Both the position numbers and the translations under genes were made by a program. This document shows positions 49,538 to 62,809 of a stretch of 64,000 nucleotides of DNA, piece by piece. Within the stretch, counting starts at the first letter, position 1, and every line of letters starts with the position of its first letter. Below the pieces are notes generated by a model, which made no database searches, was not told where the DNA came from, and saw nothing but the letters and a program-made list of their open reading frames with translations. Source of the DNA: Octopus sinensis (taxonomy: Eukaryota); the NCBI RefSeq assembly GCF_006345805.1, contig NC_043001.1, forward strand, positions 121,148,001-121,212,000, read 5' to 3'.

Positions 49538-50894
49538 GCATGGAATACGGACGTTAATTGAACATGATGATATGTATGTGTGCACGCGCACATATGTATG
49601 CTTGTATGCATGAATATATAATGTATGTATGCGTGCGTGGGTACAAGCGTATAGACAAACAGTTGCTGCTGACTCGCCGACAACTGTTTATCTTACAAAT
49701 ATTTTCTACACACCGTGTATTGAGTGCTCTTTTCTTACGTTTCTACTCACAAGCAAGATGTAGTCTCCAACATATTGAAGAGGCCAGTGGTTTAGTTCAT
49801 ACCATGTTTAATTCAAGCCATCATGAAAAATATACATACATGCACGCATGCAGACAGGCATACATACACCATATATACATACACACACACACGCACTCAT
49901 ATTGTCCCTATTTATACACCTTTTACATTGACCGGGTGTCCCCACCATCCTTTCTCTCCTTCCAGCAGGGATAGCCATGCAAGCCAGACACTGGTTCCTG
50001 TCTCCCTAAGTCTACATACCACAGAGCCACCTCCTTCGATATTGCACCCCCCACACACTGTCATCAAGAGGTTTTATCCTGTGATTTACTTGATGACTTC
50101 ACCTATGCTAGTGCCACAAAAGGCAAAAACAAAAAACGGATCTTTTCGGTTTGAACGGCAGTTTTTTAAAATAATTTCCACGTAACTAAACACTTTTAAA
50201 CTTCGTATACTGGTAGAATGTGTTTATAAAACATCTTTTCCTCTTGGCTTTATTGAGAAAATTCTATAGTTTGTAAGATATTTGTTGTTTTTTTCTTCCA
50301 TTTCTGCAATTTCAACCAATCAATGACGTCTATTGAGGTGGAAACACTCTGTGCCGTATGAATATGTCCCTCGTTTAAGAAATAGATTGGGTTTATTTAC
50401 ATTTGTGAAGAAAAAAGATACCCTTCCCCCCACCCCTAACCCTAAAACAGATTGAAATGCAATAGATCGATACTAGGGTCATAATTATGGGTGACCATTT
50501 CATATGACACCGCTAGAAAAAACTGCCGTTCAAACCGAAAAGATACCCCAAAACACCCAATACATTATATAAAGCGATTAGCATTACGAAAGGCATTCAG
50601 TGGTAGAAACCATACCAAAGCAAACACTGGAACCGAAGACAATCTTTTCCAACGCTCGTTGGCTCCTGTCGAACCGTTCCACCCATGCCAGCATGGAATA
50701 CAGACGTTAATTGAACATGATGATATGTATGTGTGCGCGCGCACATATGTATGCATGAATATATAATGTATGTATGCGTGCGTGGGTACAAGCGTATAGA
50801 CAAACAGTTGCTGCTGACTCGCCGACAACTGTTTATCTTACAAATATTTTCTACACACCATGTATTGAGTGCTTTTTTCTTACGTTTCTACTCA
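49538..50894 (+). repeat. Local ~210-bp direct duplication (49538-49749 and 50691-50894)
   Basis: GCATGGAATAC...CAGTTGCTGCTGACTCGCCGACAACTG...TTTCTACTCA occurs twice. Confidence 0.9.
50138..50546. mobile_element. Monomeric ~410-bp MITE of the same family (~30-bp TIRs)
   Basis: GGATCTTTTCGGTTTGAACGGCAGTTTTT...AAAAACTGCCGTTCAAACCGAAAAGATAC; body homologous to one arm of 41237-42031. Confidence 0.85.
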
Positions 50895-51119
50895 TAAAAG
50901 TACGCATGCGCCGAAGCACACACACTTCTAACACATTCTGCACAACGTGAGATTCCACTCAATTTTTTCTAGTTTTCCTGATTTAATCGGTCGACTGAGT
51001 TATCTCTCTTGAATCGGGCCAAGTTCAGACAAAAAAGGATTTTATAAATGTTTATATAAAATATGAATAAAATTATATTATATATCATTATATAATTTTA
51101 CTTTCATTTATATGCATGT

Positions 51120-51150
<31 letters not shown>

Positions 51151-51199
51151 GTATGTATGTATGTGTGTATGTATGCATGTAGGTATATATATATATATA

Positions 51200-51270
<71 letters not shown>

Positions 51271-51894
51271 CTTTTTGCTTGTTTAGCTATTTCTTCCTCT
51301 CCGTGAAGAAGGAAAAATCATTATCAATCTTTGATGGTTCGTTTTTTCCATCTGCGAATATGATGACATTTAAACCCGTTTGATTGATAATATGTGAACC
51401 GGTGTTGTGTGTAATTTGTACTTGTTAAAATTACGTTAAGTATCAATATTCAGAAATATATATAAACCATAAAACGTTTAAAAATTAATATCGAAAGAAA
51501 TTCCAATATTTAAAATAAGATTCGTTAGAATCGATGGAAGAATCTCTGTTGTCATCAAAATGACTCATAGCCTGGCACTGCTCCAATAATTCACATTAGA
51601 CATTCATCGTTTTATAATTCCTACAAATCTATTTCGATGGAATTTGGCCGCTGCTCTCTGAATTTAGAAAAACCATTAATATGTAATTTATTATATTAGT
51701 AATTTAAAATATTTTAATATTAATTGGTTGGAGAAAACCAGGGTATTTATGGAACAACCTGACTACGAATCGCTGCGAATTTGTGATTAGGTTTCGATTT
51801 CTGAGCGAAGTGGCGAGGCTATTTCTTTTTCTTTTTGTGTCCATGGCTTTCGGAAAAGAAAGTATAAATATATTTTAACCCCTAATTCTATCTC

Positions 51895-51952
<58 letters not shown>

Positions 51953-52544
51953 CGTAATAAAAATTAATCAACACAATTCATATATACTTTCAAATATCTT
52001 ATATTACGATTGCTGAAGAGAAGAAAGCATCGGGTGAAATGAGTCTAAAGTTTGGACCTTAATTGCTAATTGTAGTTATTTCATTTGACTCTACATCTGC
52101 CCTTTTTTCGTTCATCCACTTTCCCATAATGCTGACCACCCCATCGAGATATATGAACAAAAGAAGTCGCGCTGTTCATTGCACCGTATTCACCCTTTTT
52201 CTTCTATTTCTATTAAATACTGTTCTAAGAAATTTCATAGCAATAATTATATAATGCAGGGATTAAAGAAAAAGATGTTCATGAATGAGTGAACAATGGA
52301 ACCAAGAAAAACAATGCTTTTAATTTCACTTCTTCAGACGTTATTGAAATTTTGGGGAAGGACAGCTAACATTTTTAACAATTTTTATAATGAAATACTC
52401 AAATTTGAGGATGTTTTAAAGTGATAAAAAATGCTTCAAATATATAAATACATCTATATATAGATATATAGATATATATAAAAATATATATATTTATGTA
52501 TGAATTGAATACGTTATGTCCCAGCATGCTTTGTAATAAAGGTA

Positions 52545-52670
52545 CGCCATATTGAAGGTGGCGGAAGTGCAGCATGTTTTTCATTTGACCACAGAAAACA
52601 CTCAACCGGAAACGGAAGTGTAAAAGCATGTGCGCAAAGCCGATTGGTAAATCAAGAGATGCGCATCTCT
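52545..52670. promoter_or_regulatory. CpG-rich housekeeping-type promoter upstream of USP22
   Basis: YY1-like CGCCATATT (52545-52553), ETS/GABP CGGAAGTG (52562-52569) and CCGGAAACGGAAGTG (52606-52620), NRF1-like GCATGTGCGCA, reverse CCAAT (52643-52647), 16-bp palindrome AGAGATGCGCATCTCT (52655-52670). Motif identities are by consensus matching only. Confidence 0.65.
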
Positions 52671-53537
52671 TTGTTGACTGATGAATGGACACACAGACAG
52701 ACAACTCCTCTAACTACTACTACTACTACCACTACTAATACAGCTCTCTTTGGATCTATCTTACTCTTTCCTTCTTTTTTCCTTTTCCCTCTCTTTTTAT
52801 TATTTATTGAAAACACTGTCACTACTACTCATTCGAAAAATATCTTTTTTTCTTAACAAGTACATCCCATGTTTCCTCCTCCTCCTCCCCTCCTGCATTG
52901 GCGTTGTTTCTTCCTCTTCTTTTTCTTCCTTACTAAGTGACCTTACTACTGTGGTAGGAGCGAGCAAATACCTCCTACTCCGTCAGCCGGTCACTGCTAC
53001 TGTTACCACTCCTCCACCGCTGTTCTTATCTCTTAACCGACTCTCCTTTATTTTCCCCCATCTTTTTTGGATAAAGTGTCATAACGTCACTGCCACTGTC
53101 ACTACCTCCTACCTCGCTTCACACGGCTTCTCCTACCACCGCTCTGATCAGTACTCCCACTGCCAATGTCTGGTGCCAGTAGTCCTACCATTGTGATACT
53201 AGGCAGCACCAGCACACACCGACGACTACTGCTACCAATATCTCTGTAACGTAGGGTGGTGGTAGGACAGTGTTGTGTCGGGGGGTGGTTAGCTTCCCCT
53301 GCCACTCTAGGAAACGGATTGCAAGAAGAACATCAGCTGAGTTAGCTCAAAGCCCCTCACTGTGTGTAGAGTATCCTGTGTTTTAGGGAGATCTTTCCTG
53401 CCCCCGTCGTCTCAATTTGTAGTGAGTCTAGGTGGGAGGAGTCCTGGCTTCGCAAGGCTCTGTGTGTGTGCCCGGCCTGGCCACAGTCAGCCCCGTGCGG
53501 GTCAACAGCAGGCCGTGCCCACCAAGGTCCGGCCGAC

Positions 53538-53609
53538 ATGAGCAGCGACAGCAGGCCAATCAGCAATACCAATCACAGCGGGGACAACACCACAAAGCCC
53601 CTAAAATGA
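53538..53609 (+). other. 23-aa upstream ORF (MSSDSRPISNTNHSGDNTTKPLK*) whose TGA overlaps the USP22 ATG
   Basis: ATG at 53538 (gacATG), out of frame; stop TGA 53607-53609 shares bases with ATG 53606-53608. Confidence 0.55.
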
Positions 53610-53725
53610 ACGTGAATGGCTGCCCGCATCTCAGTGCTTTCAAATCAGCCAAGGGAACCGAACCATTCCGGATAATCCATGCTTACTTCATTGCCTGTTC
53701 GTCAGCTGATGCCCGAAGAATCAAG
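53606..53725 (+). CDS. USP22: USP22/nonstop-like deubiquitinase, coding exon 1 (MNVNGCPHLSAFKSAKGTEPFRIIHAYFIACSSADARRIK)
   Basis: ATG at 53606 (taaaATG), 120 nt, ends AAG|gtatgt (phase 0). The GCxHL..FK...ARRxK pattern matches the USP22 N-terminus and joins exon 2 in frame. Confidence 0.85.
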
Positions 53726-54288
53726 GTATGTACAAAGATCTCGCTAATATGCTCTAATCACTAATTTTCGACCCCTGTCTCATCCCAACCATCCACTGCT
53801 ATACCTGGTCCTGTCCCCTTCTGCATACATTTCCAAAGGGTTTCCGCAAACTCTCTTCCAGTCGCCTCATCCGGATGTTGTTGTCTCCCTGATCGAGGCA
53901 ATCCGATGATGTCTCTCTCTCTTCAAACTTCACATTCAAACACATCTTCTTTCTTCTTCGCTTCATTCACACTATATACGCATTTATACATACATCATAA
54001 TATACAAATATATATATCCGTATGAACGTATATATACATATGTGGCTGGTCGTATTTCTTGCTTATTAACTTTGTTCTTTAAATTATTGTCATGCATCAC
54101 TTCACTTCCTTTCATTTCACACAAATATGTTCGTCTTTTTCCCCGTTTTGTCTAATAAATAACAATTTGTCTTTGAAATCGTAGAATTTTTACAGATTTC
54201 GTCACAGGCTGCGATTTTGTTGTGTGCATAAGTGTATATATATGTATATATATATATATATATGTGTATGTATGTATATATATATATA

Positions 54289-54344
<56 letters not shown>

Positions 54345-54872
54345 TATATTCGCCTGTGTGTACCAATAACTTGTATTATTTCACATAAATCGCTTTGAAA
54401 TCTTTTATATTTCACACATATTTTGATTGTTTCTCGTGAATCGAAGTAATATATATAATATTGTGTGTAGTTTATTGTATTGAGTGCCTATATTTTCGGA
54501 TTGTTTACACTGTTGTGTATATATCCTTTTATATGCGTGTGCCTATGATTTGTAGTAAATTTATTTCAAGGGGATCCCTTTCTGCATTGTCATCTAAGGG
54601 CCACAGTTTCCTGTCGCTGTCTCTAGTTTTATTTATTATACTTCATAAAATATTTATTGTGGGAACACCTGAGAAGTAAATATAAAGGGGATACACAAAG
54701 GAGGCAGATTCGATTAAAATCGGAAGGTAAAGAAAAGTGTATAGACGTGTGTATATATATACACACACACACACACAAAGAAAAACATACTATATGTTAA
54801 AGGATAGCATCCACATGACTATGTCTTATAGATATATAAACATCAATGAAATGATATATATATATACATGTG

Positions 54873-54908
<36 letters not shown>

Positions 54909-57900
54909 CGAAGACATACACACACACACACACGTGTGTGTGTGCGTGTGTCATTATTTTGCTATCTGTAGAAAAAGTAAATAAATTGATAACAAAATAA
55001 ACAAAAATAAAATTATGTGGAAGGTGATTAGTTAATAACAAAGTAAAAATTATTTTCCCGTTTGTTACAATATTACATATGTGTGCCTGTAATATAATAA
55101 AATTATATATATACACATACATACGTACATATATATATATATATGTGTGTGTGTGTATAATAATTACTTGTACCAGTGATACTTTTTAACTTCAAATGCC
55201 CCCCCCCCCTCTACTTCCTATCTTTGTCTTCTTGAGTCGCAAGACTTCCTTTATTGATTACAAGTAAACAATGACATTTCATTTTATTTACTATTGATAT
55301 ATATATAAATATATATATATATATAACTTGTTAGTATAATAATTATAATAGTAATTTCTGGTAACTGATTTAAAAAAAAAATCACTTCAATTACAAAAGA
55401 GAAGAAGAAATATATTTGATGAAACGATACAAGTTGAAAGGAATTTCCTGGGCTTTTTGGCTGCAATATCTTCAGTTGTTACTAAACGGAGGAGATAGAG
55501 CTCATCTTTCAGCTCTTTCTTTAATTAAGAAAATATTTTTTTCTCTTTCAACTGAAAAGATTATAAAATTTGAGTTATTTTTATTTTTAAAAAAAACCCA
55601 ATAAAAGACTGGTTTCTCTTTATCAAAACAAATTATATTAACGTTATGTATTTTTATTGACACATTTTGGACGAAGTTGTGTTTATTTTCCACATTCCAT
55701 CCACACATCAGTGCAGCATCCATTTTCACGTTGCTGAAGGGTCAAATCTATTCAAAGCTTCACTCTGGATGGAACTTCGGATGCTGACAGACGAGGCGTT
55801 ACGCTTGATATAATAATCAAGATTATTTATCATCGTCGCTATTTTGTTTTGTACTTTTTTGTTGTTGTTGTTCGTCGAGAAAGTCGACCTGTTTCGGGAA
55901 AGTGGTAAATACAGGATGTTATGACGTTTTCTGTTTGGTCGCAATTGCTATGAAACTCTTCCCACACGGAGTTTGAAACCGGATCGCTCACACACGTTCA
56001 AAGAAAACTCCCTTAACGTCACACCACATTTCACCAGTGATATTAATAACACTAATGAAGGAATTATCACAGGTGTATTATTGATATACATCTTAATTAA
56101 CAAATGCCGTAGTAGTGTGTGCATTCGGCTATAAATTCTTTGGAGAATTGCCTCTGCAATTCGGTTTCGATTCTTACTTGAAATCGTTTCACGCCGCTTA
56201 TATTGCAGTATGTGTAGAAGGCTAGGTCTATAGGCACACCGATGAACATCACAACTTCCAATCTCCTCATCTCCCTAAAATACCATGTTATAATACATTT
56301 TGTGTGATTTATTTATGCATATATATATAATTAATGTGTATATATTATTTTATATTATGTAATATAATTTATATTTAATATATGTGATATCAAATTATTT
56401 AAAATCAATAATAATAATAAAAATAATAATGGTTTCTAATTTTAAAAAAATGATAAAACTACGTCAGATCGGTTTGGATAAAGGTCTACAATAAAAATAA
56501 CGAATGGTAATGAGTCAACAATTAGTGCTAGGTCTGTCTCCGTCGTTTAGGTCAAATGTCAAACAACAGTTCGTCTTTTCGATTTCTCTTTCTAATCATT
56601 TGACGACCATTTTATTCAGGTGTATTTGAATTTTAAAATATTGCTATGCTTCTCTTATATAAATGCTTTGTTGTCTTAACTGGTCATGTCGGCAAATAAG
56701 GATTCGCTTGTAATGTAGTTGCTGAGAATAAGACTCGAGGTTTGACTGTAGAGAAAGTGTTGGCTTACAAAGAATGCTCTGTTGACATACTGTATGAGAA
56801 GATCGGCGATACAGGGATCTCAGTGTGGAAGGAGAGTATGTTTGTAAAATCACATAGACTGTGGATTTATAGGTAGATAAGCTTAGTGTTTGGAAGGACA
56901 TTGACTTTATCAAGTTGACTTGTTTGACTTGAACGTAATCTCGGTGTGTGTGACTAAGAATCCCCCGTTCTTGAGCTAGGGCTATATGTAAACAGAGGTA
57001 AGGTTTCTCTGCTTGTCTAGGTTCTTCTGCTCCTTAAACTCTATGTAATAACGACAGTTACACTAAGAGGTTTCCGTTAATCGAGAACCAAAATTCGTAC
57101 CCGGCGTCGATTCTCCGAATTTCATTTCATTTCACTTAACTAATTAATTCGCATCTATTGAGAAAGACATGAACATCATCCAATTAACTATTTCCCTTGC
57201 TGTTTTGAGAGATCTCTTTAATATACATAGGAAGCTGTATTTTTTTTTTTTTTTTTTTCGTTTCATCTCACATATGACAAAAATGTCTCGGCAAATGCAT
57301 GACCATCACAGGCGCTTCCCACCTGCAATATAACAAAGATGGAAAACATTATTCAAAAATAGGTTAAAAGCATTTTTTAAAATCAAATCTTTTTTTTTTT
57401 TTTTATCTAATATTATTTCATACAAAGATATTTTCCCTGCATCAGAAAACCTAAGTTTAATGCACAGTGTAAGGATAAATGCAGACAGCATTTGTCAAAA
57501 TTTCCATTTTCCAATCTCATTGCTTGATTTGTTTTGCTAAAAATTGTCAGCCTACCTAAGGTACACATTTTGAGGCAGTACAGAGGTGAAGATGATAAGC
57601 ACCATTCTAAAGGAATATGTGCTAACAGGAGCAAAATGAACCCAAACAAGTTGGTAGGTTTGTAGCTTGAGACATGAAGTTAATTCCATGCTGCCAACTA
57701 GTGCTGTGAGATGCTGGTTAATTTACTTGGGATCTAGTTTGATTTAGGACTCTAGATAGAAGCTGGGATTAGGTTATAAACAACATGGCTAATCTCATGC
57801 TAAAATAAGCTGAGAGGAAACTATTCCTGAAATGTTGCTTAAAGGGATCAAATGGCAGGTCTGTTGGCTTTTATCCTGGAGATATTGGTAGCTTCTAGAA

Positions 57901-58764
57901 ATCCCTGTTGTAGCAGTGCTAGTAAGGAACATTGCTAGTTGAAAACAAACTCTACAGGCATCCAGTCATGCCTGAGATGCTGATGAAGTCATCCAGTCAT
58001 GCCTGAGATGCTGAATCTATCAAAAGGAGTACCCTGAAGCTTCCTTTTGACTGAGAAGGGCAAGCAGTCTTACCTCTGTCTGGTGGTTATAGCAAAACTG
58101 GTTGTGAATGGACACAGTTGAAAGACCTGAAAATAGGTTCTTTCCTCCTCAGCTAAGCCTTTTTGCATATCCTTCTTCGAGAGAAAAGTGAGGGTGGAGA
58201 AGGATGTGTTACCCTTCTGTAACATTGTGGAAGAGTAAGTAAGAGTGGCATGTATGGCCCAAGTGGATATATTTACTGCTAGTGTATGCCTCTAGGCCAG
58301 AGAATACAACTGGTAAAGGGCACTTGTTCTTGAAAGTGAAGTTATCCTGAATCTGTAGGGTTTCTTTGATTGACTGAAGGTAATTATCCCTCCTGAACAA
58401 AACCATTTCCTTGTTGCTGTTACTACTTTCGTTTTTGTTTTATTTTATCTAAACCCATCAGTTTTTTTTTTATCCTTCTCATTAAGCCCAATGTTAAAGG
58501 GCTTAATCATAATAAAAGATTATTATTATTAATAATCCATACTATCATAAATAGGATATCTTGGAAGCCTTGCTTGATATTGTTGGAGCGTTTTGTCTTT
58601 AATTACTAAATGTTATCTTACTTTACTACTCTCAAACTGGCTCAGGCAAGAAACAGAAGATTGGAAGGCATTGTCACAGCCAGGTATTGTCATCTTTATC
58701 TTTACCTTTCTCTTCTCCATGTTGCTATTATTTACAGAGAAAAATTTCAATTTTTATCTTACAG

Positions 58765-58897
58765 GCTGAGAAGTGTCTCTGTCACACCTGCCATCAAGGC
58801 TCTGTAAGGCTCCATGCTTGTTTAGAGTGTGTCTTTTTTGGCTGCTTCCAGGCAAAACACATCCATGACCATGCAAAAAACAAAAGTCATAACCTAG
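58765..58897 (+). CDS. USP22: USP22 exon 2, zf-UBP (AEKCLCHTCHQGSVRLHACLECVFFGCFQAKHIHDHAKNKSHNL)
   Basis: ttacag| acceptor and |gtaaca donor, 133 nt; zinc-finger UBP Cys/His pattern of the USP22/27/51 family. Confidence 0.95.
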
Positions 58898-59840
58898 GTA
58901 ACATTCTGAAATTTTTTATTAATGCTATTTTATTGTATATATTTCTTTAATATTCAACTGGGCTTTCTCTTTAAAGAAGTTGCTATTGGAAACTGGAAAC
59001 CTTTTTTTCATACTGTTTCCAGAATGGATGAAATTTGGTTGATTTTAGTCAGGTAAGTAGAGTGGTGTAGTTGATTCTGAAATCTTGATATCAGCACCAT
59101 TGGTCCAGTACCTTAATGAATCAGTGGTTGCACCTCTCACTCAATTGTAATTTAAAATTCCAGTATCCTCATTTCTTTTGTTTAGTAATTGTTTCCAGAA
59201 CAACAACAAATATATCACCTTGTGTCACATTCATTCATTGATTTATTAAGTTCCAAATGTCAGACAATTTTAATTATCTGGTTTCATTTTGTTAGTTTAA
59301 ATTTGCAATACAGGTTTCAGAAAACTTTCAACTAGCTGGCCATTGACTGCTTAAATTTTGGATAACAGGTTTACAAGCCAGGGAGGGAAAAAAATCCCAC
59401 TCATTTTTTTGCTTCTGATTAAATTTGCTGTTAACATTGTTATTGTAAAGGTGATAAAGTGTCAACTTCTCAGTTGAACTTTGTTTATATCCCTTGAGTA
59501 AGGCACTGTTTCATCCTTTCTCACCTTTCTGTGTCTTAGCCCAATTCATTTCGATCTTCATTGATCCATTTACTTTTGTTTATTTTGAACTTTGAAATGT
59601 TTTGAGCAAGGTTTTTGTTGGCTCAAAGACAATATGATTTCTCATTGCATGACACTGTACAGTGTAGCATGGTGTCAACAAATTAGACTGATGCATAACT
59701 TGGATACTTTGCCTATTATTTTCTTTTTGACCTTAAATGTTATTGTTTTGTTGACTAAAAAGGGTGGGGTGGGGGTCTATCCTTTGATTTTATATAGAAA
59801 TAGCTGAATGACTCTAACTGTTATCATTCTCTATTTTCAG

Positions 59841-59954
59841 CTGTAGACCTTTCCTATGGAGCTGTCTATTGTACCCCTTGTGGGGACTATGTTTATGATA
59901 AAGAATTAGAAGACTTAGCCAAAGACCAGATCAGGAGATCAGCTTGTTCACTAG
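59841..59954 (+). CDS. USP22: USP22 exon 3 (AVDLSYGAVYCTPCGDYVYDKELEDLAKDQIRRSACSL)
   Basis: ttttcag| acceptor and |gtaaac donor, 114 nt, phase 1-1; completes zf-UBP (YCxxCxDYxYD). Confidence 0.95.
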
Positions 59955-61477
59955 GTAAACATTTTCACTCAGTATTTTTCTCATACACACATGTATACTG
60001 TCAAATCTACATCATGGATCTCTTTAATAACCTCTCATCTCTTTTAATAACCATTCCACAGCCCCTTGTCACTCATCCTGCTAACACATCTCTGTTATCA
60101 AACATCACTGTCAGTCACATGTCTATCACTCATACTGCTGTTACCCATGTTCCTAGGACCCATACCTTTATCTCTTGTGTGCCTATTGCTCATCTCTCAA
60201 TTTCACCCAGCCCTTTTCTCTCTGTTCATCATACAATGCCTCCACTTTAACTAACACTCCACCTCTTTTCGTTTTTGCTAGTCTTGTTCTCATAGCCATC
60301 TTAAGGCACGTGCTTAAGGGACTTCATCAAGTATGCATGCACTCCATACATTCCACCTTACATTCCCTCATTGACCGTCAACATTTATTCATCTTTTACT
60401 ATCCATCATTACCCTCACCCCTATCGTTAGTGTTGGTGCCATAATAAAATGCAGTCAGTGCATTCTGTTAAGTGTGGTATCAAAAGGACCTCTTTAGTCT
60501 TGTTGGAGATGGAACAACCTCCCTAATACTGATGCCACAAAAAAATACTTGCAGTACACTCATTAATGTGATTTTTGTTAGGAAGGACCTGTAGCTATAG
60601 AAAGCAAAGCAAAAATGAAACTTAAAAGTGAGGTGTCTGTTCCTCTGACTCCTCAGCATTGTAACAACCAATCCAGTCCTTACCAGCATGAAAAGCAAAC
60701 ATAAAATAATGATGATCATAATGATATGTACACATACACACACACACACACACACTCTATATTAACTATCCATCTTATCTCTTTGAGTCTGTGCATTCCT
60801 AATCTTTTGGAAGTGGATATTAACAATGATGTAGACTTTGTCTGTTGTGCAATCCAACAATTTTGTTCTTAATTCTTGGGGTTCATGACTCAAATCTTTA
60901 CAATGGCTATTTATTTCCTATGGGAAAAAATAAATTCAAAAGCCATTTCCTCTGCTTGCTGTGGATTAATTCATTGAAAAGACAAGTCATACTGTAAGAA
61001 TAAAATGATTGCAGTCACCATACAATTTCTTCTGGCTCTACATTCTGAGTTCAAATACCTTACCCCTTTTGGGATCAATAGAATAAGTACCAGTTGTGCA
61101 CTGGAATCAATGTAACTGACTCACCCTCACTCCACCGAAGTTTTCAGACCATGTGCCTATGGTATAAAGGATTATTATTATAATAAGCACTTTACTATAT
61201 GATTCTGAAAAAGCATATTGCCAGATGTATTATAATGTATATTTGTATTTTGATGACATTTGGACTGTGTGTTTTATGAGTTCAAATACCAACTGGGTTG
61301 ACATTACATTTCATCATTTTTATGAAGATAAAGTATTATAAAAATATTAACAATTATATGTTGGTATTGTTGATTCAATCATCTGTCTACCTCTTTTTCG
61401 ACAATATTAATCCCTTTACCTAATAAAAAAAACCCATTCTTTTTAGATTCAAAAGTAACTAAAATTTATCATTTCAG

Positions 61478-61579
61478 GAATCAAAGAACAATTTTCACCG
61501 TGGGAACCTGACCAATGTGAAGTGGATTTACTTTCCAAAAATAGAAAAAGGCTAAAAGTAGAAGACAACTCTACTATTG
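61478..61579 (+). CDS. USP22: USP22 exon 4 (GIKEQFSPWEPDQCEVDLLSKNRKRLKVEDNSTI)
   Basis: atttcag| acceptor and |gtaagt donor, 102 nt, phase 1-1; FSxWEP...KR linker with basic NLS-like cluster as in USP22. Confidence 0.93.
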
Positions 61580-62636
61580 GTAAGTTGAAGGGTTAATTTT
61601 TTTCCATTTCTTTCAAAATTTAAACCTTTACATTCATCATTTTCTTTCACACTTTTGTCTATCTTCATCCTTTCTTTGATTTGACCTCCTTTCTCACCCT
61701 CTTCCTCTCTCTCTCTCTTTTCTCCTTTTGTTTAATGAGTGAAGTTTATTTTTGTTTATTGCAATATTATGAGAGATTCAGCTAAGTAGTTTGATGGGGG
61801 AGGATGGATTATTGGCTGAAGGTTTGTTAGTTGATCTCCTGTCACCAGCACTATATTGTGTCTGTGGCAAAGACACTTCAACTTTTAATCACCCTGATCC
61901 ATTTAGTGGTAAAGAGGCACCATATGGAGCTAGTTTCCTACTGTATAGGAAGCACATTTAATCACTGTTTCAGTAAATTGCAATGTTGAACTCATTTTTC
62001 TTATGGCCAACAGCAAGCCTTTCTCTTGCATACCTTTCCTTGAATAAGAACTTGAAGATAAAGTCTTCACTGTTTTCCCCCAAGACATAATAGTTATAGT
62101 TTTATTGCATTAATACTCTTGAGGGAAAAACTTAAATGCCATAATTTTCTATTTTCTCTCTTACCACATCACATGAAGGCAAACTATTCTGTGCATACTT
62201 AGCTCTTTCATTGAGGAGCAGTGTATGATACCTGACCACATTATTCTGTTATTGTAGTCATGTGTCTTAATCAGTTCTAAAGAAAAACAATTCTTTTATA
62301 TATACTGTGTGCTGGTGTGATTTCTGTATTAGGTAATAAAATTCATGATTGTTGGTCAACTGGTACTGGTTTCAAAATGCTTGCCTACCCTTTGCCAATG
62401 ACAGCTGAGTGTCAGAAACTAGTTTAAGACAGACCTAATTGGAAAAATTAGTTAAAACTGCAAGGTAAATGCATATGAAGCTACAAGTATTTCCACAACT
62501 TGTAGATAGGCCATTACCAGGGATTACCAACTTGATAGGTTATGGAATGTGTTTTTTCTTTTGCTTTTGCTGTTTGTTGTTCATGTTGATGATAATGATC
62601 CTTTTAAGATTTCCTTCTGTGGAATTTTTTTTATAG

Positions 62637-62809
62637 GTCTACGAGGTCTCATTAACCTGGGAAACACTTGTTTCATGAATTGTATTGTCCAAGCCCTGAC
62701 GCACACACCAATTTTAAGGGACTTTTTTCTAGCTGATCAGCACGTCTGTCAAATGGATAGTGAAGCTCAAAAATGTCTGGTGTGTGAAATGTCTCGTCTT
62801 TTCCAGGAG
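62637..62809 (+). CDS. USP22: USP22 exon 5, catalytic Cys box ([58 protein letters not shown])
   Basis: ttatag| acceptor and |gtaatg donor, 173 nt; canonical USP [12 protein letters not shown] motif. The gene continues beyond the window. Confidence 0.97.

Noticed and set aside
52016-52050. CTGAAGA...GAAA...GTC motif
   Set aside because: No pairing for stems I, II or III; chance match.
56621-57062. Possible solo LTR (TGTA...TACA) in USP22 intron 1
   Set aside because: No matching TSD and no second copy in the window.
57959-58013. 25-bp tandem duplication within a weak L1-like relic (57700-58410)
   Set aside because: Ordinary slippage duplication; the underlying element is too degenerate to call.
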